From NCBI GenBank assembly GCA_963770165.1, contig CAVYOK010000005.1, forward strand, positions 41,409-105,408: a stretch of 64,000 bases of DNA, in the 5' to 3' direction. A model generated the notes under the pieces. It searched no databases, was not told the DNA's origin, and was given only the letters and a program-made list of their open reading frames with translations. Position 1 is the stretch's first letter, and every line of letters begins with the position of its first letter. Shown in pieces: positions 19,209 to 30,609 of this stretch. The DNA comes from an uncultured Actinomycetes bacterium (GTDB lineage Bacteria; Actinomycetota; Thermoleophilia; Solirubrobacterales; Solirubrobacteraceae). The position numbers and the translations under genes were made by a program.

Positions 19209-20786
19209 ATGTCCGGTGCCCATTCGGACGAGGAGGCTGAGGTGGAGAGCGCTGCGGTGTCCCAACCGGTCGCAGGGGGCGAGCCCGCGAAGCTGAAGGA
19301 GGGCGCCCTCGGCTACCTCTCGAACCTCGTCATCGGCGTCGCCTCGACGGCCCCCGGCTACTCGCTCGCGGCGACGCTCGGCTTCATCGTCGCGGTCGCG
19401 GGCGTGGGTGTGCATGCGCCGGCCGTGCTGCTCGTCGCGTTCATCCCGATGCTGCTGGTCGCGACCGCCTATCGCTACATGAACAAGGCGGACCCGGACC
19501 CGGGTACGACGTTCGCCTGGGTGCGCAAGGGGCTCGGCCCACACCTCGGCTGGGTCAACGGCTGGGCGATCGTGATCGCCGACATCATCGTGATGGCGGC
19601 GCTCGCGCAGATCGCGGCGAAGTACACGTTCCTGCTGTTCGACTGGGACTCGGCGGCGAACTCGAACACGGCGCAGATCATCGTCGCGGTCGCGTGGATC
19701 GCCCTGATGACGTGGATCTGCTATCGCGGGATCGAGCTGTCGGCACGCACGCAGGTCGGCCTGCTCAGCGCCGAGGTCGTCACGCTCGCCGCGTTCGCGA
19801 TCGTCGCGCTCGTGAAGGTCTACGCCGACGACCCGGCCGGCTCGCTCAATCCGTCGCTGTCGTGGTTCAACCCCTTCGAGCTCGGCTGGACGGCGCTGAT
19901 CGACGGCGTGCTGCTCGGGGTGTTCATCTACTGGGGGTGGGACTCCGGCGTGGCCGTCAACGAGGAGTCGGAGGACGCCAACGAGGGGCCGGGACGGGCG
20001 GCGATCATGTCGACGATCATCCTCGTGCTGATCTATCTGATCGTCTCGACCGCGGCGATCGCCTTCAGCGGCACGAGAGTGCTCGTCGACAACCCTGACG
20101 ACGTGTTGAGCGTGCTCGGCACCGAGGTGTTCGGCTCGCCGCTGGACAAGATCCTCATCATCGCGGTGCTGACGTCGGCCGCCGCCTCGACGCAGACGAC
20201 GATCCTGCCGACCGCGCGCACGACGTTGTCGATGGCGCGCAAGCGGGCGTGGCCGAGACAGTTCGCGAACGTCCACCCGCGCTACCTGACGCCCTCGTAC
20301 TCGACGCTTTGGATGGGCGCCGTGTCGATCCTCTGGACGATCATCATCATGGGCTTCAACCCGTCGCAGAACGTGCTCGGCGACTCGATCTCGGCGCTCG
20401 GCTTCGCGATCGCCTTCTACTACGGCTTCACCGGCCTCGCCTGCGTCGTGTACTTCCGTCGCGAGCTCACGAAGAGCGTGCGCAACTTCGTGTTCGCGGG
20501 CCTCGCGCCGCTGCTCGGCTTCGTGATGCTCGCCTACATCTTCGGCAAGGCCTTCCACGACTACTCGCAGGAGGGCTTCAACTACTCGCCGCCGTTCCTC
20601 GGCATCGAGGTGCCGATCGCGATGGGCGTCGGCGGGCTGCTGCTCGGCTTCGTCGCGATGCTGTTCGCGACGATCCCGTACCGCGACTTCTTCCGCAGAA
20701 AGCCGTACTTCGAGACGGCGGAGCCGGGCCTGCTCGAGGCGCCCGTCGAGCACGCGCCGGCGCACCTGCGCGGCGAGCGCTGGTGA
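19209..20786 (+). CDS. APC-superfamily amino acid permease
   Basis: 525 aa, about 12 TM helices. N-terminal pattern LGYLSNLVIGVASTAPGYSLA is typical of APC transporters. Confidence 0.85.
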   Translation: MSGAHSDEEAEVESAAVSQPVAGGEPAKLKEGALGYLSNLVIGVASTAPGYSLAATLGFIVAVAGVGVHAPAVLLVAFIPMLLVATAYRYMNKADPDPGTTFAWVRKGLGPHLGWVNGWAIVIADIIVMAALAQIAAKYTFLLFDWDSAANSNTAQIIVAVAWIALMTWICYRGIELSARTQVGLLSAEVVTLAAFAIVALVKVYADDPAGSLNPSLSWFNPFELGWTALIDGVLLGVFIYWGWDSGVAVNEESEDANEGPGRAAIMSTIILVLIYLIVSTAAIAFSGTRVLVDNPDDVLSVLGTEVFGSPLDKILIIAVLTSAAASTQTTILPTARTTLSMARKRAWPRQFANVHPRYLTPSYSTLWMGAVSILWTIIIMGFNPSQNVLGDSISALGFAIAFYYGFTGLACVVYFRRELTKSVRNFVFAGLAPLLGFVMLAYIFGKAFHDYSQEGFNYSPPFLGIEVPIAMGVGGLLLGFVAMLFATIPYRDFFRRKPYFETAEPGLLEAPVEHAPAHLRGERW

Positions 20787-20861
20787 GCGCCGCGGGCGGA
20801 CGGGAGGCGCCCCGTCCGCCCTTCCGCCGCCTTCGGAGCGCCTGATACGCTCATTCCGCAC

Positions 20862-20915
20862 ATGTCGCGCCAGCTCGCCCTTCGACTTCTTCTCCTCCCC
20901 CCTCGGGGGGAATAG
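20862..20915 (+). promoter_or_regulatory. candidate leucine leader peptide ORF (MSRQLALRLLLLPPRGE)
   Basis: 17-codon ORF, absent from the track, 73 nt upstream of leuA. 6 of 17 codons are Leu, including four in a row. Three are CTT, rare in this GC3-biased genome. Confidence 0.55.
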
Positions 20916-20963
20916 CGCGTGGCGGCCGCCTGCAGCCGCAAACCCAGCTGAGAAGAATCGAAG
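20880..20963 (+). promoter_or_regulatory. long-range RNA helix linking the Leu codons to a downstream segment of the leuA leader
   Basis: CTTCGACTTCTTCTC (20880-20894) is complementary to GAGAAGAATCGAAG (20950-20963), 14 bp with one bulge. It encloses GC hairpins (C-run/G-run 20897-20910; GCGGC/GCCGC 20922-20939). Confidence 0.45.
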
Positions 20964-20988
20964 CATCCGAGCCGAATAGGACGACGAC

Positions 20989-22580
<1,592 letters not shown>

Positions 22581-22584
<4 letters not shown>

Positions 22585-23516
22585 ACCTGCGCCAGCGCGC
22601 GTCCCTGGCGCAAGCCGGTGACGCGCGCGTGTGCGGACGGGTCGGTCTCCTCCGGCAGCACCACCGTCACGTGCGCATCGCGCCGCCGCAGCGCGAGCGT
22701 CTCCAGGCGGATCGCGGCGGTCGTCGCGGCACGCACGGCAGGGTGGCGCTCACGGCTCCCGAGCGAGCCACCCATCGGCGCGAGGCACAGCACGTGCGTC
22801 TCGCGCCCGGCCGGGGCGGCGTCCATGTTGGTGGGGCTCCAGACGGCGCCGTCGACGCACTCGAGCTCGCCGATCCGGACCGGGCGGTAGACCCAGGGGA
22901 TGCTGCAGGAGGCCTGCACGGCCTGCGCCACCGTGGCATTCGGTGCGCCCGGAGCGCCGAACACGACGCGGCGCCCGCGCGCACGCTCGACGCACACGAT
23001 CCGCAGACGCCCGTCCCACTGCAGCCCGTGGCCGGCGATTCGCGCGCCGAGGTCGTCGAGCGAGCGCTCCGGCTCGTCGATGCGACCCAGCGCGGCCGCT
23101 CGCACGAGCGCTCCCGGCGTGCGTCCGAGCGACAGCGCCATGGGGGCCAGTGCGGTACCGGCGACGCTGGCGAGGCCGGCGCCGAGGCGCGCGGCGCGTT
23201 CGCGCACTCGGCCCGCGCCGTTCTCGGCCCCGGCATCGGCGATGACGGCGAGCAGCGCACGCTCGGCGGCGACCTCGTCGCCGAGCGGAGGGACCGCCTC
23301 CACGCCGGTCTCGTCGCCGGCGCGGTCTGGCCTGCGCGGCTCGACCCCCGCGAGCAGGTCCGCGGCGACCATCGAGCCGGCGGAGGTACCGACGATGTGC
23401 TCGCAGGCGGTGAAATCGATCCCCGTGCGCTCAGCGATGCCCGCGAGCACGCCGCGCATCCAGGCGGCCCCGATCGTGCCGCCGGCGCCGAGCACCAGCA
23501 CGTCAGGCCGATGCAT
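22581..23516 (-). CDS. patatin-like phospholipase family protein
   Basis: Start moved to ATG 23516 (MHRPDVLVLGAGGTIGAAW is the oxyanion Gly-rich motif). GTSAG nucleophile elbow. A DGA motif (ECVDGAV) near the C-terminal half. Confidence 0.8.
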
Positions 23517-24279
23517 CCAGCGGGGCGGTGCGGTAGTGGTAGCCGTGCGAGCGCACGAAGCCGAGGTGCTCGTAGAGCGCTCGGGCGGACGCATTGTCGT
23601 CCTCCACCTGCAGGTAGAGGCGGTCGGCTCCGCCGGCCTGCGCCCACTGCGCCAGCGCCCACAGCACGGTCTTCGCCACGCCCCGGCGTCGCGCGCCGGG
23701 CACGGTCGCAAGCGCGAACACACCGGCCCAGCCGCGCGAGCGCACGGCGAGACCGACGCCGACCGGCCCGTCGTCGAGCCGGGCGAGCGCGAAGGCGCAG
23801 GGGCTGGGAATCCGCGCGAGCGCTTCCCGGGCCGCCGAGCGCTCCGGGAGCGCCTCGGCGACCGCCCATGCGCCGAGCCACGCGGCGGACCAGCGCTCGT
23901 TCACCGTGACGGTGGCGCTCGTGCTCTGCGCGGGGGACGCCGCCGCGATCGTCTCCTGCAGCGCGGCGGTCAGCACGGCGGTTGCGCCCTCGGCAGTCCA
24001 GCCGCGCGCGGCCAGCCGCGCGTCGAGCGCCTCGTGCAGCTCGAGCGGCGTGACCTGGACGCACGGGCGCAGCCCGAGGCCGGTGTAGTGGCGGGTGACG
24101 GGGTCGACGTCGGCCGCTCCGGCGAGCGGATCCGGCAGCGCGGAGTTGACCCGGCGCCATGGCGCGCCAGGCGTGTGTCGGAGGGTCCAGCCGGGCACCT
24201 GCTGGACGTGCGTGGCCGGCCATGCGGCGGTGGCCAACGCCTCGAGCATTGGACGCTCATCGTGGAGCGAGACGCTCAT
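23503..24279 (-). CDS. GNAT family N-acetyltransferase
   Basis: Start moved to ATG 24279 (MSVSLHDERP). C-terminal acetyl-CoA motif VPGARRRGVAKTVLWAL..LYEHLGF. 14-nt overlap with the patatin start. Confidence 0.75.
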   Translation of the reverse strand: MSVSLHDERPMLEALATAAWPATHVQQVPGWTLRHTPGAPWRRVNSALPDPLAGAADVDPVTRHYTGLGLRPCVQVTPLELHEALDARLAARGWTAEGATAVLTAALQETIAAASPAQSTSATVTVNERWSAAWLGAWAVAEALPERSAAREALARIPSPCAFALARLDDGPVGVGLAVRSRGWAGVFALATVPGARRRGVAKTVLWALAQWAQAGGADRLYLQVEDDNASARALYEHLGFVRSHGYHYRTAPLDASA

Positions 24280-24314
24280 CCGCGCACTGTCGCATACTCG
24301 TTCGGCGTCAAGCT

Positions 24315-24340
24315 TGTACGTGATAACGTACGCATGTACA
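24315..24340. promoter_or_regulatory. nested inverted repeats (candidate operator) in the GNAT / XRE divergent region
   Basis: TGTACGT-GATA-ACGTACGCATGTACA. GTACGT (24316-21) pairs with ACGTAC (24326-31), and TGTAC (24315-19) with GTACA (24336-40). Overlaps the regulator start codon. Confidence 0.4.
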
Positions 24341-24930
24341 TGAGCCACGTCGACGCCACGTCCGTCGCCGCGATCGGCGTCCGCGTCCGCGCCCTGCGCG
24401 AGGCGATGCGCCTCTCGCTGCGCGACCTCGCGGAGCGCTGCGGCGTCAGCGCGCCGATGCTGTCGCAGGTCGAGCGGGGGGAGACGAGCCCGACGCTGCA
24501 GGTCGCCACGCGCATCGCCGCGGGACTCGACCTGCGCCTCTCGCAGCTGCTGCGCCTCGACGAGGACGGCGCCGTCACGGTCGTGCGCGCGCACGAGCGG
24601 CGGCAGGGTCCGACGCACGTGAGAGGCCACCGCTACGAGGTCCTGACCGCGCCGCTGCCGGGCCAGCGCGCTGAGCTGTCGCGCCACGTGCTGGCGCCTG
24701 GCGCCGCCACCGGCGGCCCCGGCGATCCGCCGATGCACGAGCCCGGCAGCCGCGAGACGGCACTCGTCGAGTCCGGCCGCGTCGTGCTGCACTGCGACGG
24801 CGCGACCCATGACCTGGGCGCGGGCGACTGCGTGACGTTCGACGCCGACCTGCGCCACCACTTCGAGAACCCCGGATCCGAGGAGGCGTCGCTGCTCGCG
24901 GTCGTCTCCGCGGGCCTGCGGCGCAGCTGA
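24334..24930 (+). CDS. XRE-family HTH regulator with C-terminal cupin domain (PuuR-like architecture)
   Basis: Internal ATG 24334 (or 24340) of ORF 22900..24930. [32 protein letters not shown]. Cupin region [18 protein letters not shown]. Confidence 0.85.
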   Translation: MYMSHVDATSVAAIGVRVRALREAMRLSLRDLAERCGVSAPMLSQVERGETSPTLQVATRIAAGLDLRLSQLLRLDEDGAVTVVRAHERRQGPTHVRGHRYEVLTAPLPGQRAELSRHVLAPGAATGGPGDPPMHEPGSRETALVESGRVVLHCDGATHDLGAGDCVTFDADLRHHFENPGSEEASLLAVVSAGLRRS

Positions 24931-24952
24931 CCCGACCACCCCGAGGAGCGAC

Positions 24953-26323
24953 ATGCCGAGCACCCTGTTCGACAAGATCTGGGCCGCCCACGAGGTGGCC
25001 CCCGGCCTGCTCTACGTCGACCTGCACCTCGTGCACGAGGTCACGAGCCCGCAGGCGTTCGACGGGCTGCGGCTCGCCGGTCGCAAGGTCCGCCGTCCGG
25101 ACCGCACGCTCGCGACGGCCGACCACAACACGCCGACGGACGGCACGCCCGTCGCCAGGCTGATCAAGGACGAGCTGTCGCGCGTGCAGGTCGAGACGCT
25201 CGAGCGCAACTGCGTGGAGTTCGGCGTGCCGGTCTACTCGCTCGGCTCCGACCGCCAGGGGATCGTGCACGTGATCGGGCCGGAGCTCGGCGTCACGCAG
25301 CCCGGCATGACGATCGTCTGCGGCGACTCGCACACCGCCACGCATGGCGCCTTCGGCGCGCTGGCGTTCGGGATCGGCACGAGCGAGGTCGAGCACGTGC
25401 TGGCGACGCAGTGCCTCGTGCAGAACAAACCGAAGTCGATGCTGATCCGCTACGAGGGCGAGCTTGGCTTCGGCGTCACGGCGAAGGATCTGATTCTCGG
25501 CACGATCGGCCAGATCACCACCGCCGGCGCGACCGGCCACGTCGTCGAGTACGCCGGGCCGGCGATCGAGCGGCTGTCGATGGAGGGCCGCATGACCGTC
25601 TGCAACATGACGATCGAGGCCGGGGGCCGTGCCGGCATGGTCGCGCCCGACGAGACGACGTTCGAGTGGGTCGAGGGCCGGCCGGCGGCGCCGCAGGGCG
25701 CGGACTTCGAGGCGGCCGTCGCGCACTGGCGGACGCTCAGAACCGACGTGGGCGCGTCGTTCGACACGGAGGTCGTGGTCGACGCGAGCGCCCTCAGCCC
25801 GCAGGTCACATGGGGCACGACGCCCGACATGGTCGCCGCCGTCAACGACGCGGTGCCCGAGCCGCAGAGCGAGGGTCACGAGCGCGCCCTGCAGTACATG
25901 GGCCTGACGGCTGGCACGCCGATCGAGGAGATCGCGCTCGACCGCGTCTTCATCGGCTCGTGCACGAACTCGCGCATCGGAGACCTGCGCGCCGCGGCGG
26001 AGGTCGTCAAGGGCCGCAAGGTCGCGGCCGGCGTCAACGCGATGGTCGTGCCCGGCTCGCAGCAGGTCAGAGCCCAGGCGGAGAAGGAGGGCCTCGACGA
26101 GATCTTCAAGGCCGCCGGCTTCGACTGGCGCGTCGCCGGCTGCTCGATGTGCCTCGGCATGAACCCGGACATCGCGGCGCCCGGCGAGCGCGTCGCATCG
26201 ACGTCGAACCGCAACTTCGAGGGGCGTCAGGGCCGCGGCGCCCGCTCGCATCTCGTCTCGCCGCAGATGGCCGCCGCCGCGGCGATCGAGGGCCGCTTCG
26301 TCGACATCCGCACCTGGAGCTAG
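24953..26323 (+). CDS. leuC: 3-isopropylmalate dehydratase large subunit
   Basis: 456 aa aconitase-family protein ([38 protein letters not shown]). Confidence 0.96.
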   Translation: MPSTLFDKIWAAHEVAPGLLYVDLHLVHEVTSPQAFDGLRLAGRKVRRPDRTLATADHNTPTDGTPVARLIKDELSRVQVETLERNCVEFGVPVYSLGSDRQGIVHVIGPELGVTQPGMTIVCGDSHTATHGAFGALAFGIGTSEVEHVLATQCLVQNKPKSMLIRYEGELGFGVTAKDLILGTIGQITTAGATGHVVEYAGPAIERLSMEGRMTVCNMTIEAGGRAGMVAPDETTFEWVEGRPAAPQGADFEAAVAHWRTLRTDVGASFDTEVVVDASALSPQVTWGTTPDMVAAVNDAVPEPQSEGHERALQYMGLTAGTPIEEIALDRVFIGSCTNSRIGDLRAAAEVVKGRKVAAGVNAMVVPGSQQVRAQAEKEGLDEIFKAAGFDWRVAGCSMCLGMNPDIAAPGERVASTSNRNFEGRQGRGARSHLVSPQMAAAAAIEGRFVDIRTWS

Positions 26324-26334
26324 GAGACCCGACC

Positions 26335-26907
26335 ATGGACCACATCACCAGAATCCACGGCCAGGTCAGCGTGCTCGAGCGCGATGACGTCGACACCGAC
26401 CAGATCATGCCCAAGCAGTTCCTCAAGCGGGTCGAGCGGACCGGCTTCGGCGAGTTCCTCTTCTACGACTGGGCGAAGGAGGATGGCTGGGACCTGCCGC
26501 GCCACCCGATCCTCGTGACCGGCAAGAACTTCGGCTGCGGGTCGAGCCGCGAGCATGCGCCGTGGGGCCTGCAGGACTACGGCTTCCAGGCGATCGTCGC
26601 CGCGAGCTTCGCCGACATCTTCTACTCGAACTGCACGAAGATCGGCTTGTTGCCGGTGGTGCTCACCGAGGAGCGGTGCGCGGCGGTCGCGGCGGCGGGC
26701 GAGGCGGAGGTCGACCTCGTCGATCAGGTCGTGCGCGCCGACGGGCGGGAGTTCCCGTTCGAGATCGACCAGGACATCCGGCATCGCTTGTTGAACGGTC
26801 TCGACGACATCGCGATGACGCTGCAGAGCGCCGTCGAGATCGAGACCTACGAGCAGGAGCGCGAGCGCTCCGGTCCGGTCACCACCGCCCTCCAGGAGAC
26901 GAGTTGA
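26335..26907 (+). CDS. leuD: 3-isopropylmalate dehydratase small subunit
   Basis: Internal ATG 26335 of ORF 25411..26907 ([36 protein letters not shown]). Confidence 0.95.
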   Translation: MDHITRIHGQVSVLERDDVDTDQIMPKQFLKRVERTGFGEFLFYDWAKEDGWDLPRHPILVTGKNFGCGSSREHAPWGLQDYGFQAIVAASFADIFYSNCTKIGLLPVVLTEERCAAVAAAGEAEVDLVDQVVRADGREFPFEIDQDIRHRLLNGLDDIAMTLQSAVEIETYEQERERSGPVTTALQETS

Positions 26908-27929
26908 CTCACACCATCGCGCTGCTCCCCGGCGACGGGATCGGCCCCGAGATCACTGCGCCCACCGTCGAGCTGCTGAACCGCCTCGGCGACTTCGCGT
27001 TCGAGCAGCACCTGTTCGGCGGCGCCTCGATCGACGCGAACGGCAGCGCCCTCACGGACGAGGTCACGGCCGCCTGCAAGCGCGCCAACGCCGTGCTGCT
27101 GGCGGCCGTCGGCGGGCCGAGATGGGACACGACCGACCCGTCGAAGCCGCGCCCCGAGCAGGGCCTGCTCGGCCTGCGCAAGGCGCTCGGGCTGTACGCC
27201 AACCTGCGGCCGGTGCGCCCGCTGCCCGCGCTCTACGATGCGAGCCCGCTCAAGCGCGAGGTGATCGAGGGGACCGACCTGCTTGTGATGCGCGAGCTGA
27301 CGGGCGGGCTCTACTTCGGCAGACGCGGCCGCGACGGCGACACCGCGTACGACACCTGCGTCTACAGCGTCGAGGAGGTCGAGCGGATCGCGCGCGCCGG
27401 CTTCCAGGCCGCCAGACGCAAGGTGACCTCCGTCGACAAGGCCAACGTGCTCGAGTCCTCGCGGCTGTGGCGCGAGGTCGTGACGCGCCTGCACGCCGAG
27501 GAGTTCCCGCAGGTGGAGCTGCAGCACGTGCTCGTCGACAACGCCGCGATGCAGCTGATCTCGAACCCCGCGGACTTCGACGTGATCGTCACCGAGAACA
27601 TGTTCGGCGACATCCTCAGCGACGAGGCGGCGATGCTCACCGGCTCGATCGGCTTGTTGCCAAGCGCCTCGCTCGGGGGCAACGGACCAGGCCTGTTCGA
27701 GCCCGTGCACGGCTCCGCGCCGGACATCGCCGGGCAGGGGATCGCCAACCCGCTCGCGATGTTCCTGTCGGCGGCGTTGATGCTGCGACACGGACTCGGT
27801 ATGGAGAACGAGGCCGCGGCGGTAGAATCGGCGGTCGATCGTGCGCTCGCCGAGGGCCTGCGCACGCGCGACCTGGGCGGCAACGCGACGACGGACGAGG
27901 CCGCCCAAGCCGTGTTGAACCACCTCTAA
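26904..27929 (+). CDS. leuB: 3-isopropylmalate dehydrogenase
   Basis: TTG 26904 overlaps the leuD stop (TTGA). [39 protein letters not shown]. Confidence 0.94.
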   Translation: MTHTIALLPGDGIGPEITAPTVELLNRLGDFAFEQHLFGGASIDANGSALTDEVTAACKRANAVLLAAVGGPRWDTTDPSKPRPEQGLLGLRKALGLYANLRPVRPLPALYDASPLKREVIEGTDLLVMRELTGGLYFGRRGRDGDTAYDTCVYSVEEVERIARAGFQAARRKVTSVDKANVLESSRLWREVVTRLHAEEFPQVELQHVLVDNAAMQLISNPADFDVIVTENMFGDILSDEAAMLTGSIGLLPSASLGGNGPGLFEPVHGSAPDIAGQGIANPLAMFLSAALMLRHGLGMENEAAAVESAVDRALAEGLRTRDLGGNATTDEAAQAVLNHL

Positions 27930-27940
27930 GGAGCCCGACA

Positions 27941-28882
27941 GTGGACCAAGCGGACCTCATCTGGATGAACGGAGAGCTCGTCGCCTGGGAGGACGCGAAG
28001 GTCCACGTACTCACGCACTGCCTGCACTACGGCACGGGCGTGTTCGAGGGCGAGCGCGCGTACGCGACCGACCGCGGGCCGGCGATCTTCCGCCACAGAG
28101 AGCATCTCGAGCGGCTGTTCAAGTCGGCCGAGCTCTACTACATGCCGATCCCGTACACGCAGGAGGAGCTGCGCCAGGCGACGCACGAGCTGATCGCCCG
28201 CAACGAGCTGCCGTCCTGCTACATCCGGCCGATCGCCTTCCGCGGCGCCGGCCCGATGGGCCTCAACCCGCTCGATGCACCGGTCGAGGTCGCGATCGCC
28301 GCGTGGCCGTGGGGCGCGTACCTCGGCGACGGCGCGCTCGAGAAGGGCGTGCGCGCGAAGGTGTCGAGCTGGCGGCGCATCAGCGCGGACTCGCTGATCC
28401 CGCACGCGAAGGCCTCCGGCCAGTACCTCAACAGCGTGCTCGCGAAGATCGAGAGCGTGAGAGCCGGCTACGAAGAGGCGATCCTGCTCGACGCGCAGGG
28501 GTTCGTCTCCGAGGGCACCGGCGAGAACCTGTTCGTCGTGATGAGCGGCGTCATCTACACGCCGCCGCAGACGGCGAGCATCCTCGACGGCATCAACCGC
28601 GACGCGGTCATGCAGATCGCGCGCGACGAGGGCTTCGAGCTGGTCGAGCGCAACATCGCGCGCGCCGAGCTGACGCTGGCCGACGAGCTGTTCATGACCG
28701 GCACCGCCGCCGAGCTGACGCCGATCCGCGAGATCGACGATCACGTCGTCGGCGACGGCGTGCGCGGACCGATCACGACGCGGCTGCAGAAGGTCTTCCT
28801 CGACGCGCTGCACGGGCGCGATCCCCGCTACGCGGCGTGGAACGACGTCGTCGCGGTCGAATCCCCGAAGGCGGCGGCCTGA
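27941..28882 (+). CDS. ilvE: branched-chain amino acid aminotransferase
   Basis: GTG 27941 with AAGGAG 9 nt upstream. Class IV aminotransferase pattern (VHVLTHCLHYGTGVFEGERAY, KASGQYLNSVLAK, EGTGENLF, GITR-like GINRD). Confidence 0.93.
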   Translation: MDQADLIWMNGELVAWEDAKVHVLTHCLHYGTGVFEGERAYATDRGPAIFRHREHLERLFKSAELYYMPIPYTQEELRQATHELIARNELPSCYIRPIAFRGAGPMGLNPLDAPVEVAIAAWPWGAYLGDGALEKGVRAKVSSWRRISADSLIPHAKASGQYLNSVLAKIESVRAGYEEAILLDAQGFVSEGTGENLFVVMSGVIYTPPQTASILDGINRDAVMQIARDEGFELVERNIARAELTLADELFMTGTAAELTPIREIDDHVVGDGVRGPITTRLQKVFLDALHGRDPRYAAWNDVVAVESPKAAA

Positions 28883-28890
28883 TGCATCCC

Positions 28891-28982
28891 CTCCCGTTCG
28901 GCGGGCGAATTACCGGGGCGGCCGGCACGCGCTGACGCGCGCGCAACGGCCGCTGCCCGCATTCGCCCGCACCGAACGAGAG
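28891..28982 (+). promoter_or_regulatory. extended imperfect hairpin in the ilvE-cimA spacer, overlapping the cimA Shine-Dalgarno
   Basis: CTCCCGTTCGGCGGGCGAAT (28891-28910) pairs with ATTCGCCCGCACCGAACGAGAG (28961-28982). The inner arms (28913-28960) pair around a TGAC tetraloop (28933-36). GAGAGGA (28978-84) is the only SD-like element before ATG 28996. Confidence 0.5.
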
Positions 28983-28995
28983 GATTCGCACCACC

Positions 28996-30609
28996 ATGAC
29001 CACCATCCAGCTGTTCGACACCACGCTCCGCGACGGCATGCAGGGCGAGGGCATGTCGCTCTCCGCCGAGGAGAAGCTGCGCGTCGCGCACCGGCTCGAC
29101 GCGCTCGGCATCCACCTGATCGAGGCCGGCTTCCCGACCTCCAACCCGAAGGAGCTCGAGCTGTTCGAGCTGCTGGCACGCGAGACGTTCTTGACCGCCG
29201 AGATCGCCGCCTTCGGGATGACGCGGCGCGGCAACACGCGCGCCGAGGAGGACCAGGCGCTGCGCGTGCTGGCCGACTGCTTCGCGCCCGTCGTGACGAT
29301 CGTCGGCAAGACGTGGGGGCTGCACGTCGACAAGGTGCTGCGCGTCGAGCGCGACGAGAACCTGCGCATGATCGCCGAGTCGGTCGCGTTCCTCGTCGCG
29401 CAGGGCAAGCGCGTGATCTACGACGCCGAGCATTGCTTCGACGGTTGGCGCGACGACCCGGCGTACGCGCGTCGCTGCGTGGTCGCGGCAGCCGAGGCCG
29501 GCGCGGAGACGGTCGTCCTGTGCGACACGAACGGTGGGCGGCTGCCGGGGCAGATCGCAGAGACGACGCGCGACCTGGCGGCGGCGCTGGCACCAAGCGG
29601 CGTGCGAGTCGGCATCCACACGCACGACGACGTCGGCTGCGGCGTGGCCAACACGCTCGCGGGCGTCGAGGCCGGCGCGACGCACGTGCAGGGGACGATG
29701 AACGGCTACGGCGAGCGCTGCGGCAACGCCAACCTCACGACGATCATCCCGAACCTCCAGCTCAAGCTGGGACACGACTGCCTCCCGGCAGACCGCCTCG
29801 CGACGCTCACCGAGACGGCCCACTACCTCGACGAGCTGCTCAACCGCACGCCGAACGCGGACCAGCCGTACGTCGGCAAGAACGCCTTCGCGCACGGCGG
29901 CGGGATGCACGCCGACGGGGTGCTGAAGGAGCCGACGAGCTTCGAGCACGTCGAGCCCGCGCTCGTCGGCAACAGCCGCGAGATGCTCATCTCCGAGCTG
30001 TCCGGCAAGGGAACCGTGGTCGCGCGCGCCGAGGAGGCCGGCGTCGGGCTCGGCGAGGAGGGCGCGCGCCGCGTCGTCGAGCGCGTCAAGGCGCTCGAGC
30101 ACGCCGGCTACCACTACGAGGCCGCCGACGGCTCGTTCGAGCTGCTGCTGCGCAAGGAGTCCGGTGAGTACGAGTCGCTCTTCCAGCTCGAGTCGTGGCG
30201 CGTGATCGTCGAGCAGCGCGCCGACGGCAAGGTGGAGACCGAGGCGACGATCAAGATCTGGGCCAACGGCGAGCGCTACTTGCGCACCGCCGAGGGCAAC
30301 GGCCCGGTGCATGCGCTCGACAACGCGCTGCGAGCGGCGGTCGAGGAGAGCCATCCGGAGCTGAAGGGGACGGGGCTCGTGAACTTCAAGGTCCGCATCC
30401 TCGATGAGACGAAGGGCACCGAGGCGGTCACGCGCGTGTTGCTCGACGCCTCCGACGGACAAGACGTGTGGGGCTCGATCGGCGTCTCGGAGAACGTCAT
30501 CGCGGCCTCGTGGGAGGCGCTCGTCGACTCGCTCGAGTACGCGATCCAGCCCGGCCGCACGCGGGGGGGCGGGACCGGATCCGGCGGCGCGACGCGCGCG
30601 GCGACGTGA
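28996..30609 (+). CDS. cimA: LeuA-family (R)-citramalate synthase-type enzyme
   Basis: 537 aa. N-terminus FDTTLRDGMQGEGMSLSAEEKLRVAHRLDALGIHLIEAGFPTSNPKE matches the long CimA (TIGR00977-like) pattern rather than LeuA. It is the second LeuA paralog in the cluster. Confidence 0.8.
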   Translation: MTTIQLFDTTLRDGMQGEGMSLSAEEKLRVAHRLDALGIHLIEAGFPTSNPKELELFELLARETFLTAEIAAFGMTRRGNTRAEEDQALRVLADCFAPVVTIVGKTWGLHVDKVLRVERDENLRMIAESVAFLVAQGKRVIYDAEHCFDGWRDDPAYARRCVVAAAEAGAETVVLCDTNGGRLPGQIAETTRDLAAALAPSGVRVGIHTHDDVGCGVANTLAGVEAGATHVQGTMNGYGERCGNANLTTIIPNLQLKLGHDCLPADRLATLTETAHYLDELLNRTPNADQPYVGKNAFAHGGGMHADGVLKEPTSFEHVEPALVGNSREMLISELSGKGTVVARAEEAGVGLGEEGARRVVERVKALEHAGYHYEAADGSFELLLRKESGEYESLFQLESWRVIVEQRADGKVETEATIKIWANGERYLRTAEGNGPVHALDNALRAAVEESHPELKGTGLVNFKVRILDETKGTEAVTRVLLDASDGQDVWGSIGVSENVIAASWEALVDSLEYAIQPGRTRGGGTGSGGATRAAT

